A stretch of DNA of 64,000 nt from Ylistrum balloti. Taxonomy: Eukaryota. Of the stretch, positions 38,301 to 52,060 are shown one piece after another (within the stretch, counting starts at the first letter, position 1; each line of letters starts with the position of its first letter). The translations under genes and the position numbers were made by a program. Below the pieces are notes generated by a model that made no database searches, was not told where the DNA came from, and worked only from the letters and a program-made list of their open reading frames with translations. Location: positions 372,001-436,000 of the forward strand of contig NW_026781870.1 of NCBI RefSeq assembly GCF_031769215.1, given 5' to 3'.

Positions 38301-41300
38301 AATGGATTTGACGTAAAACTCCTATTATGCAACTTCCGGTACAGACAGGAAAGACCAAACGGTGGCCGTTGTGTTTATTCAACAGCGAATCGATTAAGTA
38401 ACACAAGGGCAGACTAGCCTTGGACAAAAATAAACCCAAAAACATTCCGATTTTCTGACAAAACAACTGGGCGCTTAATCTGGTCAATTTTAATTTTAGT
38501 AGTACACTGTACCAACAAGGTATTTATTTATTTTACGTTACAATTATTTCTAAAAACACGCTTTAGATGTTGTAGCTATGACAGGCCTTATCTTCTAAGC
38601 GTTATTGGCATATCGGATCATATTATTTGTCCTTTTCACATTAAGTCTAGTTGTGATGCACAGATGGCTAATACATTTCTCAAGTGTCACCCATCCACAG
38701 TATACCGTATTCTTGCAATAATGAATGCAATTCATTGCCGCTTGCCATTACTCAGTAGCAGAGTTCAGTCTATTCTCAATTCATCTCGTCTTACTTTATG
38801 ACAAAAGCTAAGATAGGTCTTTTCCCTGGAGTACTGTTTATTAATGGTTAAGGAAATTTTATCATAAAATCGTATTTAATAATTAACACAAAGAAAGAAC
38901 TTAAGATACGAAATGCATTAAAGTACCAGTCTAAAGAGTACTAAAGTCTGCCATAATTCTTGAACATATTTGATCTATTTGAACTCTTTTGAAAAGAGGT
39001 AATATTGTGCATCATAGTTCACCTCCTTAACACATTTTTTTTCCAATACAAAAGGCTGACCTCGGCTATACTTGATTCCCACATGGTACATTGTGCACAG
39101 AGAGCTAGTCATGTAGCTATTGTTAGGAAGAAGACCCAGGAGTAAGATTAATTGACCTTAATTTAGTTTTATGTTATGATCTTCTCACTCATGGTCACAT
39201 GTGTGGACACCATTGTTCATAATAGGAGCCAAAACATGGCTCCTACTCTCCCTGTCCAGTTGTTTTCTGTGGTATTTTATTGTTTGTTGTTTGTATTATT
39301 GACATAAAGGCCAATTCATTTGGAACCACCTCCAGTTGTTCTTTGTTCCGGTTGAATAACTACAAACATACGTTCATTATTAGGAATATCTTTTTAAGCA
39401 AATCTTGACTTTATTACCATAAACATTACTCTCGTAGATGGTTATCAGAACTGCTGAGCTTGTAATCAACATTGCATGTATGTCACGCAAAAACAAAACG
39501 TAAACGGACTTCCACGAAAACATGTCTTTTAAAATGTATTGATGACAGGACAGACTTTTATCAATAGCTGTAACCAAGCCACTTGATGTTATCTGGGATA
39601 CCGCCATCCCCCTTTATATGAGTGAGCGCCTGTTCTCCTTTTGTACGGAGATGTAACAGTCTGTCACATTTGTCGGGAGACAGGTCGGGTTATTAAAGAA
39701 AGGGGAAAACCTTTACCATCTTTGTATTCGTTAGGAACAACGAGCATCAGAGAAATAGATACGAAAATTACACCCCTGTTGGTGAAATAGACAGAGAAAG
39801 GATAGAGACGAAAATTACAATTCTAGAACGACAGAATGAGTAGCTTCGAAACAAGGACGTAAATCACAGAGTGAAGGACAGAAAGGCAAAATAAATATCA
39901 GGAAGAAGTACATGAATGATATGTCAGATATGTTGCTAATATTTAAAGTCCTATGGTGCCCACATTATACTAGTGAGATACGATGGAAAGCAACTCTAAC
40001 CAACATAATCACTATGAAATTGACACTATAAATGACCTGGGGTCGAATTACATGTACATGTATATTTCAATTCGCATTTTATGAATTATATGTTCTCTTG
40101 GTGTTTCTCATGAAATCCATTTTTACTGGCTTTAACTACATTTTCATTGTTGTTATTCAAAGTTTCGCAAATGAAAAACGATGTTTTACGCTGCACTCTC
40201 TGTTGCGGTGTAAGGATTTAAGTGCGATAAAGGGTTAAAGGTCTACATTCGTAGTTAGCACATAATGACACGTTAGTCATATATTCATCCGCCGTATTAT
40301 GACACAGACTGTCGAAATTGTAATAAATTCTGATTTTTACATCCCATTTTCACATACGACAGTGCTAAACGCTAGTCATAGCTGAACTAGTATTACAGGC
40401 AAGAAAATCGACCTGTTTAACTATAAATAACTCTCAAATTTAAAATCTAAACTGACAATTTGAAAAATCTGTTTAATCCCAAGGGGTCAATTCTGAGAAA
40501 ATTCTGTCGTAATTTCATTCTGAGCGAATGCAAACTGTCAATCTGTTTAACTGGAAGACTAGAATCTCAGCGCGACAGGTTTTAAGTATTTCGAAAAGAT
40601 AGCGTGATATCCGCCAACAATCCAGTATGGCCTTTCGAGAACGTTCACTTCTTGAGCAATTACAAGAGTTTTATCTCAATCACATTTAATGAAAATTAAT
40701 TGCCAATTATGCTGCATTTCGTTTCGAGAAACCATACCTCAGCGCCAATGTCTTGATAATTAGATAGTATATGATGTGTTCCGCTGCTCGACTAGTTGTG
40801 CCTGGTACGCAGTCATTGACTATATTTTGCGTTGAAATGATCACTTCTATATTATTTTATCAGATTTTTGCGAAATAGTTTACTTTCAAAAATTGAATTT
40901 TCAATAATTTAACAATGAAGCGAATGTACAGACAATAGCGCCCATACCAATCACAGTCAATTCTCCATCAGAAAGATAGCAGTTTGTCTATTTTTTATTG
41001 TAAGTAAATCGAATTGTACAAATTCTATTGCTTTTCCACTGTTAAAGAATGTCAATATATATATTTTAACCAATTTTCCTCTTCCGCCTTAATTAAATCT
41101 CGGCCAATGAAAACCGACCACGCGATACATAGCCCTGACGTATATAACGGTATCTCTGCTCCAGACCTATCCAAGTTGTGCTCTGGTTACATGCATATCG
41201 GTTGTTACATTGTATCTAATCACAATTAATTTGACAATATACCACAATTTGACATGTAGGAAATTTAATTGAATCCCCCATGAGGAAACGATATCACTCC

Positions 41301-42757
41301 AATACGAATTAGAACGTTTCTTATCACACCTCCCCCGGGGTGAAATCGGGAGTTGTTGTAGCCGATTGTGTTGGTTTCGTGGTGATTCGGGTGATATATG
41401 TCTCAGAAACTAACTGTCAAATTTCATCTGGAACACCTCCACTAGGTCGTTATAAATGGATGCCGCGAACTAACTGTATTTTCTATACTCCTCTAACCAG
41501 CTATGGTACACCACATCAAGGGCATATAATAGGAATATAATTATATAATTATTGTACATCGATGACCAAGAGTGACTTACACATTCGGTACTTTAGGGAC
41601 ATCTCTGAAAAAAAACTGTTTGACTGCAAAACTCCAAGTTCTGTCTGGACTCCAGTAAAAGCGTTCTACTTCCGGTTCTTTATATACAATTGTTTTAATT
41701 TAGATTACTGCGGAGTTAATAGAACAGCTAGGGAGAGAAAGCTACAGTTTAAGTATAACCCATGATCAGCGGGGCCCCCTCACATAAGTCGCCTCTCATG
41801 ATGACTTACAGTATTATATAACTTTGCATGCATCCCATATACGGTACAAATCCTGAATTTACTGCCAACATATCTGGTATTTTTACAAGGTCACATCAAA
41901 TTCTGCATTGAGTTGTACTATGAAAATATCTACACATCGTGCCACTGAGTGTTTCCCAGAATACGCTTGGCATCATATAATCAACTTTATTCAAATGTTT
42001 GAGCGTGGGATTCAAGCCTCGAAAACCACAACCGGAAGTCACTATTGCGTCCACCCCACTTTCCTGCTTACTATTTATCACGCCAGTCCGAAGTTATGAC
42101 TTGCACAATAACAAGTCATGTGATTTCGTCGAAGCGTGTTCTTATAATACTGCTAACCGTCGCAAGGTCACAATTATAAATAAAATGAAACACAACCTCC
42201 CCTACCCACGGAGAGTTACGAAATAACTACAAGTTTCACTGCTTTAAAATTTCCTCGTTTGTTCATGGGGTAGGTAGTAGGTATTTTTCAATAAGATTAA
42301 TTCAACTCTTGCAGGTTGTAGATTCTATATTGGTTAAAGTATCATTTCCCTAGAAAAGAGTATAATCGAATAGGTTCCATCTCATACTCTCCCATACACT
42401 TCAACATACACCGTTCGGATAGTTCTCAGGACCCTCTGCACCTGTCATGCACATTTATTATCTCATAGCCTACTTTTCTGTCTCGGCGTCAGAAAATTAC
42501 ATGCAGGAATGTCCCTACATTCCAGATAATTTGAATAAACTTGTTCGATTTTTTATTCAATATTTACGTTCCTGTTACATAACAATCTCTTCGTAGGTTT
42601 GTCGTGTACATCAACCATTTGTTGTCATACAATTACATGTTCTGACGGGGTCAGTTTCGGGAGGAAAACAAAATAAACGCACCGAGTGACGCTAATCCGT
42701 CGCTGTTAGAACTAACTCTACATGTGTGTGTGTGGGAAAGTGGGAGGCCGAAGACTG

Positions 42758-43040
42758 AATAGGTGAAAGGGCCGTGGGCGGCAGGGGTTTAGGGGGAATG
42801 GGATAGAGACAGAGTGAGAGAGCTAAGGTTGTAAACATGTAAAATAGGTGAAAGGGGACATGGGTGGAGGAGGCTAAGGGGGAAATGGGATAAAGACAGG
42901 TTAGGGAGCTAAGGTTGTAAACATACAAAATAGGTGAAAGGGGACATGGGTGGCCGGAGGGACAGGATATATTGAAGTGGGGCGGAATTTAGGAAATAAG
43001 GACTGTACACATGTGAAATATAGGAAATATAGGTGAAAAC
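42758..43040. repeat. Purine-rich ~85-87-bp repeat, ~3 degenerate copies
   Basis: AATAGGTGAAAGGG at ~42759, 42843 and 42929. GAGCTAAGGTTGTAAACAT at ~42820 and 42907. Confidence 0.85.
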
Positions 43041-46000
43041 GTCTGTTGGAGGTTGGGGGGGGGGAGTTAGGCCCGGGATGGGGGTAGGAGTCTGGATAGC
43101 TTATCAAAAATCAAGTTACTAAATAAAGGCTACTTACCCACTGAGGGTCTGATTTCCTCGGTAAGGAGTTGTTTTCCTCGAAATTATTACAATTGGCCAT
43201 TGATCTGTGATTACTAGAACTGGAATCAGCCTGACAAAAAAATGACAATAATTTTACACCTTGATAGGATCAATATTCTAATTAATTGTACGTAGAAAAC
43301 ATCGAGTTAAAAACTATTAAGATGTAACATTTCCGAGTTAATCAGTGTTCACTCTTTTTTTTTTCTTATTAGGTTGATAAAATTAAGTATCAACCTCCTT
43401 TCGGGTTAGAGATTGTTTTATACACCGTCCTCAAGGTGTAGAATAAGATACAGTAATTAATTTTCATGGCTGAGTGATTTTCTCATTTCGAAAGAAAATG
43501 TTGTAGAACTAATCGAGAGAGATCATGTCCTGAATGCTAATATCGATTTTTTAAACATCCTGGTGAAGGTAAAATAGCTATATATAGCCTTAAGTCCAGC
43601 TGGTACAGGTGATAGGCAAGTCAACTGTGACGTCATGCTAATTCTAATTGATGTATGTCTTAGATATTAGCTACAACCAAGTGCGCCATATGGCATATAG
43701 GCGTGGACATCACATACCAGAGAATATACGAGTATTATATACTCATTCCTTTCAATGATATTCTAAAAATAAGTGCTCGCCTTAATATAAAAATACTTTT
43801 AATTTGTTATAAATGTTTTACAAATCTTCCTTTTATCTCACTAGCTTTTACTCTTACGTCTTCATGAGATTTTATCTATCATTTCAAATACTATTTATTA
43901 ATTCATCTTCTCGAGAACTCGTCCGCTGAAAGACCGAAAAGTCATAAGATGGACGTATTAGCCGTTAAATAAGTAGATAAATGAATCTGGAGTTCATTTA
44001 TTTTTCCGAAATCTAACGTCTGGGTAGCTTTTGTCAGAATAAATAATTTACTCACCCACAAAAACCTGTATTTCTTTACGTTTTCAAATGTCTTAACGTA
44101 AAGTCTCCTAACCTCCGACTTTCATTCTATTCCTTTCCTTTACCTTTTAAATTTAAACCGATTTAAAGGTATTTTGGTATTAAGATATTGTGTAATAAAT
44201 ACCCTTCCCCAAAATTCTTTATCAATTAAAGAGCTGGAGGACCGGATCCCACCCTATTTCATCATAACTGACGGCTGTCGCAGGTAAAAACACCGTTTCC
44301 GGTTACAACAACATATTTCATTTCATATAAAAAGGATCGTATCTTTTTTTTTCTATCTTTTCTAGCGTATTACATGTACATGTATCATGGTTTTAAATGC
44401 ACACATCATTCGTTTTGGTTCCATTCAAATGCAACAGTTAGACAAAACTTTTCACTTAGCTGACATTAAAAGGTTTTTGCCGACTTTACTACAACAATGC
44501 TTGGATCGGAACTTATATCCCTTTAGATTGGGTGTTAAATCACATATTTATACGCCTATATGGCACCCTACCCTTATAAGGAAATAAAACGAGGGACACT
44601 TTTAAAAGAGCAGGGAAAACACAATAATACCTAAAACACATACACACAACAGGGTTAGAAGTAAGATGGCAACTGAATCAAGGGGTATTGTTTCGTGGGA
44701 CAATAGTCAGTTTACCATCGAATACATAGTTTGTCTCATTCAAATACCATGTCATTTAATTAATAACTCGTTACGTAAATCGTTTGTTTGCACGTATTGT
44801 CTATTTTCAAACCTCTCACTCACCCACGTACACGTAGACTGTATAACTGCCATACATGTAGCCTTTAATTCTGTGTCAACGCCCCATTAAATCGTAATAT
44901 GATCACGTGGGCCTGGAGTGTGTAAGGGCGCTGCAGTGTTACCCACTTACAAACAGTCCCTGTGATAACAGTACAATGTTCACCACACTCCCTCTAACAT
45001 GGCCGACATTTTTTTTTGTTTACAAAAATTTTATCCATATATAATTTCGTTTTAAACTAGAATTACATCGATAACAGAAACGGATGACATTAAAGAAGAG
45101 AATTATTCAAAACACTTTTTTTAACATTTACATATTTTTTTGTTTACAAACTATAAACATGTTATTTAACTGAATTACATAAACTTAAAACCAAATACAG
45201 AGTACATTCTACAATAATATATAGAAAAAAAGATTTTACAAAGCGCAATTTTATTCACAAACTAATTAACGTAATCGTGTACAACATCTTACTTTCTACC
45301 ATTATTATGAGTAAAATATATTTAATTCGAACCCATTTACATATAACGAAATATTCTGTATACTATGAAACTACCTGATCTAAGCCCCGGATATACTGAC
45401 TTATATTTCACATCTTCCGTTATACTCTCATATACAAAAATATTTTTTTTTATATAAAAATCGTTTACTACAGAAATTCGAATAAGACAAGTTTCATATG
45501 ATTATATTTCAACATCGCATGAGAAATTCTGAAATATTACTTATATAGAAAAAGGACTCCATAAGTATACCATATATGAAAAACTTTGTTATATAGATAA
45601 GTTTGAAAACGTTAGTACATACAACTCTCTCTAAAAATAAACAGGACAGGGGATAATGAAAAAGAAAACGTGACGGCTTTCCTATAAATATGAAAATAAC
45701 AATAATCACCAACTCAACAAGTTATTGGAAACACCTGTGATATTGTAAACGTCATGTGTAAGAAATAATCCGTATATATTTATCTGTCACATAGTTAACA
45801 AGGACACATACTTACTTCGATTAATTCTGGCATCTTAGGTGATTCCATAGTTGTTTGGTTGTTCAATGAGAACAGATGGTGTGGTTATAGGACAGAGTTC
45901 TCGGATACATTGCTGGCTAATAATCCAATATGGGACATCTGTAAAATCCGGATAACTATTTCAACACAACGATGTCGTCATAACGTCCCGAAATTTCACA

Positions 46001-47510
46001 AGAAATGAACACACAATGCACGTGCTGTTTCCCTTAACCACTTAAGAAGTAAATCCCAACCACGAAGTAGTATATATTTGTAAATATTATCTCCCGGAGG
46101 AAATCTTCTGACCACTCACAGCAGTGCTACGTAAATACGAGATCAACTCTCTCTCACAGCTTTATCACCGTATTCAACCACTGGAGCTAAAATGCTGAAG
46201 ACGTGACCTTCTTGTTTTTAATCTCTAGCCTTCGTCGAGCAGTCTGCCTGTGGAGTTGAAACCCTGGGAGCTGACGTATCAAATGACATCTCCATGTGGA
46301 CATGTGTTAGACGGGAGCACACTCTCCAGCACTTGTAGACTTCATTCACAACAAACAACGAGAATTATATAGCTGAACGCGTGTGTAAAACGAATTCCCG
46401 CGGATTTCAATACCTAATATTAGTTTTCACAAGACATGACAAATTCTTCGAATATATAAATACCGTTTATAGTTGAGTGTCACACAGGGCTTTAAAATCT
46501 CCCCAGTAACGATTTTTAAATCTCCTCAACAAAGAAATCGAATATTCCGTTAGTTTGGGGAGTGTTCTAGTGTTTAGCACCGGTGACTTGCCGCGTATCC
46601 CGGGTGCCCTTTGTTGGGTCACGATACGCTTGTATTCACAAGCCCCTATTCGATACAACTTCCATTGTTTGTTCAATGTCAACGATATTCGTTCTTTACA
46701 TCCGTTGTATTGTAAAACGCTTTTTCCTCAATAAAATCATACAGCTATTTTTTAAATGTAGAAAAGTTCGCACTTCCGGTCCTCCAGCCGTAGTTTACTT
46801 TAGTAAACATGCAGTATACTGTTGGAGTGTTTCAAAGTAGAAAATCACTGTTCCTCAGCAGCTGAAATATAATTCGATAAACTCATTATTGTAGCAAGCG
46901 TCATCAAAATTGCCTCATATTATGCGTAAATTACAGAAAGGCCTAGGCTGCCGCCAGCTTTTACGACCCGTAACTCGGTTGTAAAAGTATAGTCAGCTTT
47001 ACCTCTTTTAAATATATAATAATAAATCACCGAAAATGTTTATAAAACACCATAATCAATTAATAACACACTAAATGTATCTAACATTGATAAACACGGA
47101 TTAGGAAAAATTCAAAAGTAAAATCGTTTGGATATTTTATGATGTTTTAAAATTTGTGCTCATTCTTAATCTTAAATAAAAGCTGCTTAACCTTTAAAAT
47201 ATTAGGCATCTGTTTAGAAAATTACCTTCCGCTTAATATCCACCGACATTTGAGTGTAAATTCATGGAAATCTACCTTATACCTGAGAGTAGAAACTAAA
47301 CTGTGAATTGGCCATAACGTTAACATATCGGGAAATATCCGTCATAGAGTTCTCAGATTATAGTTTTGACAAGAGGATAATAACTGGAGGAGAGAGGCAG
47401 TTTAAGTCGTTATCATTATATGTACGCGATATAATTACAATAAAAGCACGTACACGCACCTGGGAACTGACACGTGGAAAGTTATGACGTAATACTTGTT
47501 GACTCCAATA

Positions 47511-47560
47511 CCCCCACCCCATCCACCCCACCCCACCTCACCCCACCTCACCCTACCCCC
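47511..47560. repeat. (CCCCA)-like pentamer run; G-quadruplex-capable on the minus strand
   Basis: CCCCCACCCCATCCACCCCACCCCACCTCACCCCACCTCACCCTACCCCC. Confidence 0.85.
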
Positions 47561-47797
47561 TGAAAACATAGAAATAAATAAGAGAAGGGGAAAACGTCAA
47601 ATGTAACGTACCATTTGAACGTACAGAATCAATTTGAATAGCCATGCTATCGCAAATTTTAAACAAAATATTTACAGGATGAGAATAATTTTCACATGAA
47701 TTGATCGAGACAGTCAGGAGTAGATATTGTTTCATAGAGAGCAGAGCATTTCGTTGATAAAAAGTAACACCAAGTTTAACCTTACTAAGGTCTTTTT

Positions 47798-48003
47798 CAG
47801 AATATTTCCAGACGGATGTTAGTAAGTCGATAGAACGTCAGAATAATTCCAGACGGATGTCATTAAGTCGAAAGAACATCAGAATATTGCCAGACGGATG
47901 TCATTAAGTCGAAAGAACGTCAGAATATTGCCAGACGGATGTCATTAAGTCGAAAGAACGTCATTAAGTCGATAGAATGTCAGAATATTTCCAGACAGAT
48001 GTC
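47798..48003. repeat. 41-bp minisatellite, ~5 copies, abutting the 45-bp array
   Basis: CAGAATATT(T/G)CCAGACGGATGTCATTAAGTCGA(A/T)AGAACGT repeated, with one half-unit. Confidence 0.95.
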
Positions 48004-48019
48004 AAATTACCAAACTTCA

Positions 48020-50165
48020 TCACAACACCTACCACCAAACCAAGTCACTGTCATTACCTACAAACTACAAAACCTATCACCAAACCAAGTCACTGCCATC
48101 ACCTACAAACTACAACACCTACCACCAAACCAAGTCACTGCCATCGCCTACAAACTACAGCACCTACCACAAAAGCAAGTCACTAGCATCACCTACAAAC
48201 TACAACACCTACCAAAAAACCAAGTCACTATCATCATCTACAAACTACAACACCTACCATCAAACCAAGTCACTACCATCACCTACAAACTACAGCACCT
48301 ACCACAAAACCAAGTCACTACCATCACCTACAAACTACAACACCTACCACCAAACCAAGTCACTACCATCAACTACAAACTACAACACCTACCACCAAAC
48401 CAAGTCACTGCCATCAACTACAAACTATAACACCTACCACCAAACCAAGTCACTACCATCACCTACAAACTACAACACCTACCACCAAACCAAGTCACTG
48501 TCATCAACTACAAACTACAGCACCTACCACCAAACCAAGTCACTGTCATCACCTACAAACTACAACACCTACCTACCACCAAACCAAGTCACTACCATCA
48601 CTACAAACTACAACACCTACCACACCAAGTCACTGCCATCAGTCACTACATCACCTACAAACTACAACACCTACCACCAAACCAAGTCACTGTCATCACC
48701 TACAAACTACAACACCTACCACCAAACCAAGTCACTGTCATCACCTACAAACTACAACACCTACCACAAAACCAAGTCACTACCATCAACTACAAACTAC
48801 AACACCTACCACCAAACCAAGTTACTACCATCACCTACAAACTACAACACCTACCACCAAACCAAGTCACTGTCATCACCTACAAACTACAACACCTACC
48901 ACAAAACCAAGTCACTACCATCAACTACAAACTACAACACCTACCACCAAACCAAGTCACTGCCATCAACTACAACACCTACCACCAAACCAAGTCACTG
49001 TCATCATCTACAAACTACAACACCTACCACCAAACCAAGTCACTGCCATCACCTACAACACCTACCACCAAACCAAGTCACTGCCATCAACTACAACACC
49101 TACCACCAAACCAAGTCACTATCATCATCTACAAACTATAACACCTACCACCAAACCAAGTCACTATCATCATCTACAAACTATAACACCTACCACCAAA
49201 CCAAGTCACTATCATCATCTACAAACTATAGCACCTATCACCAAACCAAGTCACTGTCATCACCTACAAACTACAACACCTACCAACAAACCAAGTCACT
49301 GCCATCAACTACAACACCTACCACCAAACCAAGTCATTGTCATCACCTACAAACTATAACACCTACCACCAAACCAAGTCACTGCCATCGCCTACAACAC
49401 CTACCACCAAACCAAGTCACTGTCATCACCTACAACACCTACCACCAAACCAAGTCACTGCTATCACCTACAACACCTACCACCAAACCAAGTCACTGCT
49501 ATCACCTACAACACCTACCACCAAACCAAGTCACTGCCATCACCTACAAACTACAACACCTACCACCAAACCAAGTCACTGTCATCACCTACAAACTACA
49601 ACACCTACCACCAAACCAAGTCACTGCCATCATCTACAAACTACAACACCTACCACCAAACCAAGTCACTGCCATCACCTACAAACTACAACACCTACCA
49701 CCAAACCAAGTCACTGCCATCACCTACAAACTACAACACCTACCACCAAACCAAGTCACTGTCATCACCTACAAACTACAACACCTACCACCAAACCAAG
49801 TCACTGCCATCACCTACAAACTACAACACCTACCACCAAACCAAGTCACTGCCATCACCTACAAACTACAACACCTACCACCAAACCAAGTCACTATCAT
49901 CACCTACAAACTACAACACCTACCACCAAACCAAGTCACTGCCATCACCTACAAACTACAACACCTACCACCAAACCAAGTCACTATCATCACCTACAAA
50001 CTACAACACCTACCACCAAACCAAGTCACTGCCATCACCTACAAACTACAACACCTACCACCAAACCAAGTCACTATCATTATCTACAAACTACAACACC
50101 TACCACCAAACTAAGTCACTACCATCACCAAAATATACAAGCCCTTCCACCAAACCAAGTCATTG
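48020..50165. repeat. 45-bp C/A-rich satellite, ~2.1 kb, ~48 copies, with 38-bp deletion variants
   Basis: Consensus CAAACTACAACACCTACCACCAAACCAAGTCACTGCCATCACCTA. Variants lacking 7 nt occur at ~48960-49530. Confidence 0.99.
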
Positions 50166-50268
50166 GCCATTAATCAACGTTATATGAAACAATGTCGCCA
50201 TTTCGAAATTCTTTCCTATACTTATTACGGTGGAAACAGTTGGTCTTCTCCAGCAGTTATAGTACGTA

Positions 50269-50402
50269 CAGGTAATTACCTTAGATTGTTCAGGTAACAC
50301 TGTTGTAATTAGTGTTCGTATTCACCTGATGCGGATGCTGCACAGGTGTGTCCTGTAGAGAATTACATTGTACTTGTAGTCTGAATACATCTGTGCCACC
50401 TG
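50269..50402. promoter_or_regulatory. Cluster of CAGGT(A/G)/CACCTG motifs (ZEB/Snail-type)
   Basis: CAGGTA 50269, CAGGTA 50291, CACCTG 50323, CAGGTG 50343, CACCTG 50397, plus CATCTG 50388. Function is inferred. Confidence 0.4.
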
Positions 50403-51995
50403 AAAATTTTACTTAATACAGCAGGAAAGTTGAGGATTTATATTCATTGTACATTTTATTGAAATGAAATTTTTCGCATTTTTGATATCATATTTTTATC
50501 AAATTTACGCCATCACGTTCTATATTCGCTCTTAGTCATAGGTATAACTAAATAACTTAGTCATTTATATATAAATATATGCCAACACCCGGGATATGAG
50601 TGTCAAGGGACTCTCTGTCTATCGATTGTGTTAGTTTTTGCCATACCTCAGGTGTCTGTTCTAGCTCTACCAGTAATGATTCTCCACGTAATACATAATC
50701 AATATCAGTATAATATCAACACAAATACACGAACATTACTTATATTACTACAAATATGTGTATTTACATATATCTATATCAAAATATCAGTTATTTACAC
50801 ACACAAACTGGAGTTTACTCCATCATCAGATATATGTTTGTCAACTTTTAAACAAACGCCGTTTCCTGAATAATTCAAATAATTGATTTACACCAGATTT
50901 CAATTTCAAGAAATACAAATATAGATGTAAATTTCTTGGTAAAATCCCAGTCATTCCAAACAGAAGGGTCTCAACCATAGTCAAACTATACTGTGACTCT
51001 GTCTTCTGTGCAATTTCAATACACTGGTATCATTTCTAGTGTTTTTAGTTTAAAGTCTTATTTTTTTATTAAAAATATAAGTATTCGTTTAAAGAAATTG
51101 AAACGATATGAAGATCTGAATATCGGAAGCTATTGATGAAGTCATATGCGTTTGAAGTGCACGTATTTGTGTTTCATGTTTTTTAGTGCAAGTAGAGGTT
51201 TTCATCCGATAGAAATTAATTGAACGCATGTTACACGGAAAATTGTAGATGTGGAATCGGATTTTAAAAAAGACTGATGAAAGCGCTAGACGAAGCCAGC
51301 TACATAATGAGTTTAGAAGATATTTACCTCTGTCCTTTGTACCTCTGAAAATATATATCCGTTTTGACTTCACACAAACGTCCATTTTGAATCAGATGGA
51401 ATTATGCCTTTCATACTAACGGAAAAGACCGGAGTTTGGCGGAAGTGTTGTTCACGATAGAATCAGATCACAACATTCAGCACGCTATCACAGAATGATG
51501 ACACGCACCTATAGAAATTCGTCGTTTTTGTGAAATAGTCTAAATATTTTTTTAATGTGTTATTTTCTGTATGATTTTTGTGTAAAGTGTAAGCATGCCG
51601 AAGTTTAAGGTTTGAAGTCTGAAGATTTTACAAACAAATTTAAACCAGTTTCAAGTGTCGCTTTTAAAATGTGTGGACGGTACAGATCAATTTTTGTTAG
51701 ATTTAGAATAAGGAACAAACTTTGTAACAGTACTGTATATTAAACAGGTTGTACAATGGCTGTCTACTGATTACTTGGTTTAAAATGTATTTTACAAACA
51801 TCTTGGACCATGTATCTTTTTTTCAAACATTTGAAATTGTACCTGTCAGCAAACTAATTGTAAAATGTCATGAATTTTTCGCTTGTTGGTTCTAGAGAAG
51901 TCGTTTCATAGTTTTGACTCAAGGTAAATACCTTTTCATAATCATTTTAGCACTTGGTGCCACAAATCGTCTAGCCTAAATATTTTTAATTTCAG

Positions 51996-52060
51996 ATCCA
52001 TTTGCTTATCAGAACTCATTTCAGCGTCAGCAAATCTGACCTATTAGACCATGAAGATGG
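51996..52060 (+). other. Candidate 65-nt exon (UTR/start-containing or short internal exon)
   Basis: Acceptor TATTTTTAATTTCAG| and donor ATGG|GTAAGT. One frame is open (IHLLIRTHFSVSKSDLLDHED); alternatively the exon ends with a start ATG AAG ATG G. Confidence 0.3.

Noticed and set aside
39380-39620. Minus-strand 75-aa ORF preceded by TATAAAGG
   Set aside because: The TATA-like box is only ~6 nt from the ATG, too close to drive it, and the peptide is unrecognisable.
14528-50165. Regularly spaced 24-53-bp repeat arrays as possible CRISPR arrays
   Set aside because: Units are head to tail with no unique spacers, there are no cas genes, and the context is eukaryotic.
47939-50173. Mucin-like ORFs (TTTPTTKPSHCHHLQ / YKLQHLPPNQVTAIT) in the 45-bp array
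   Set aside because: All three plus frames are open simply because the strand is C/A-rich. The 38-bp variants shift frame repeatedly and scattered stops occur, so there is no sign of coding constraint.
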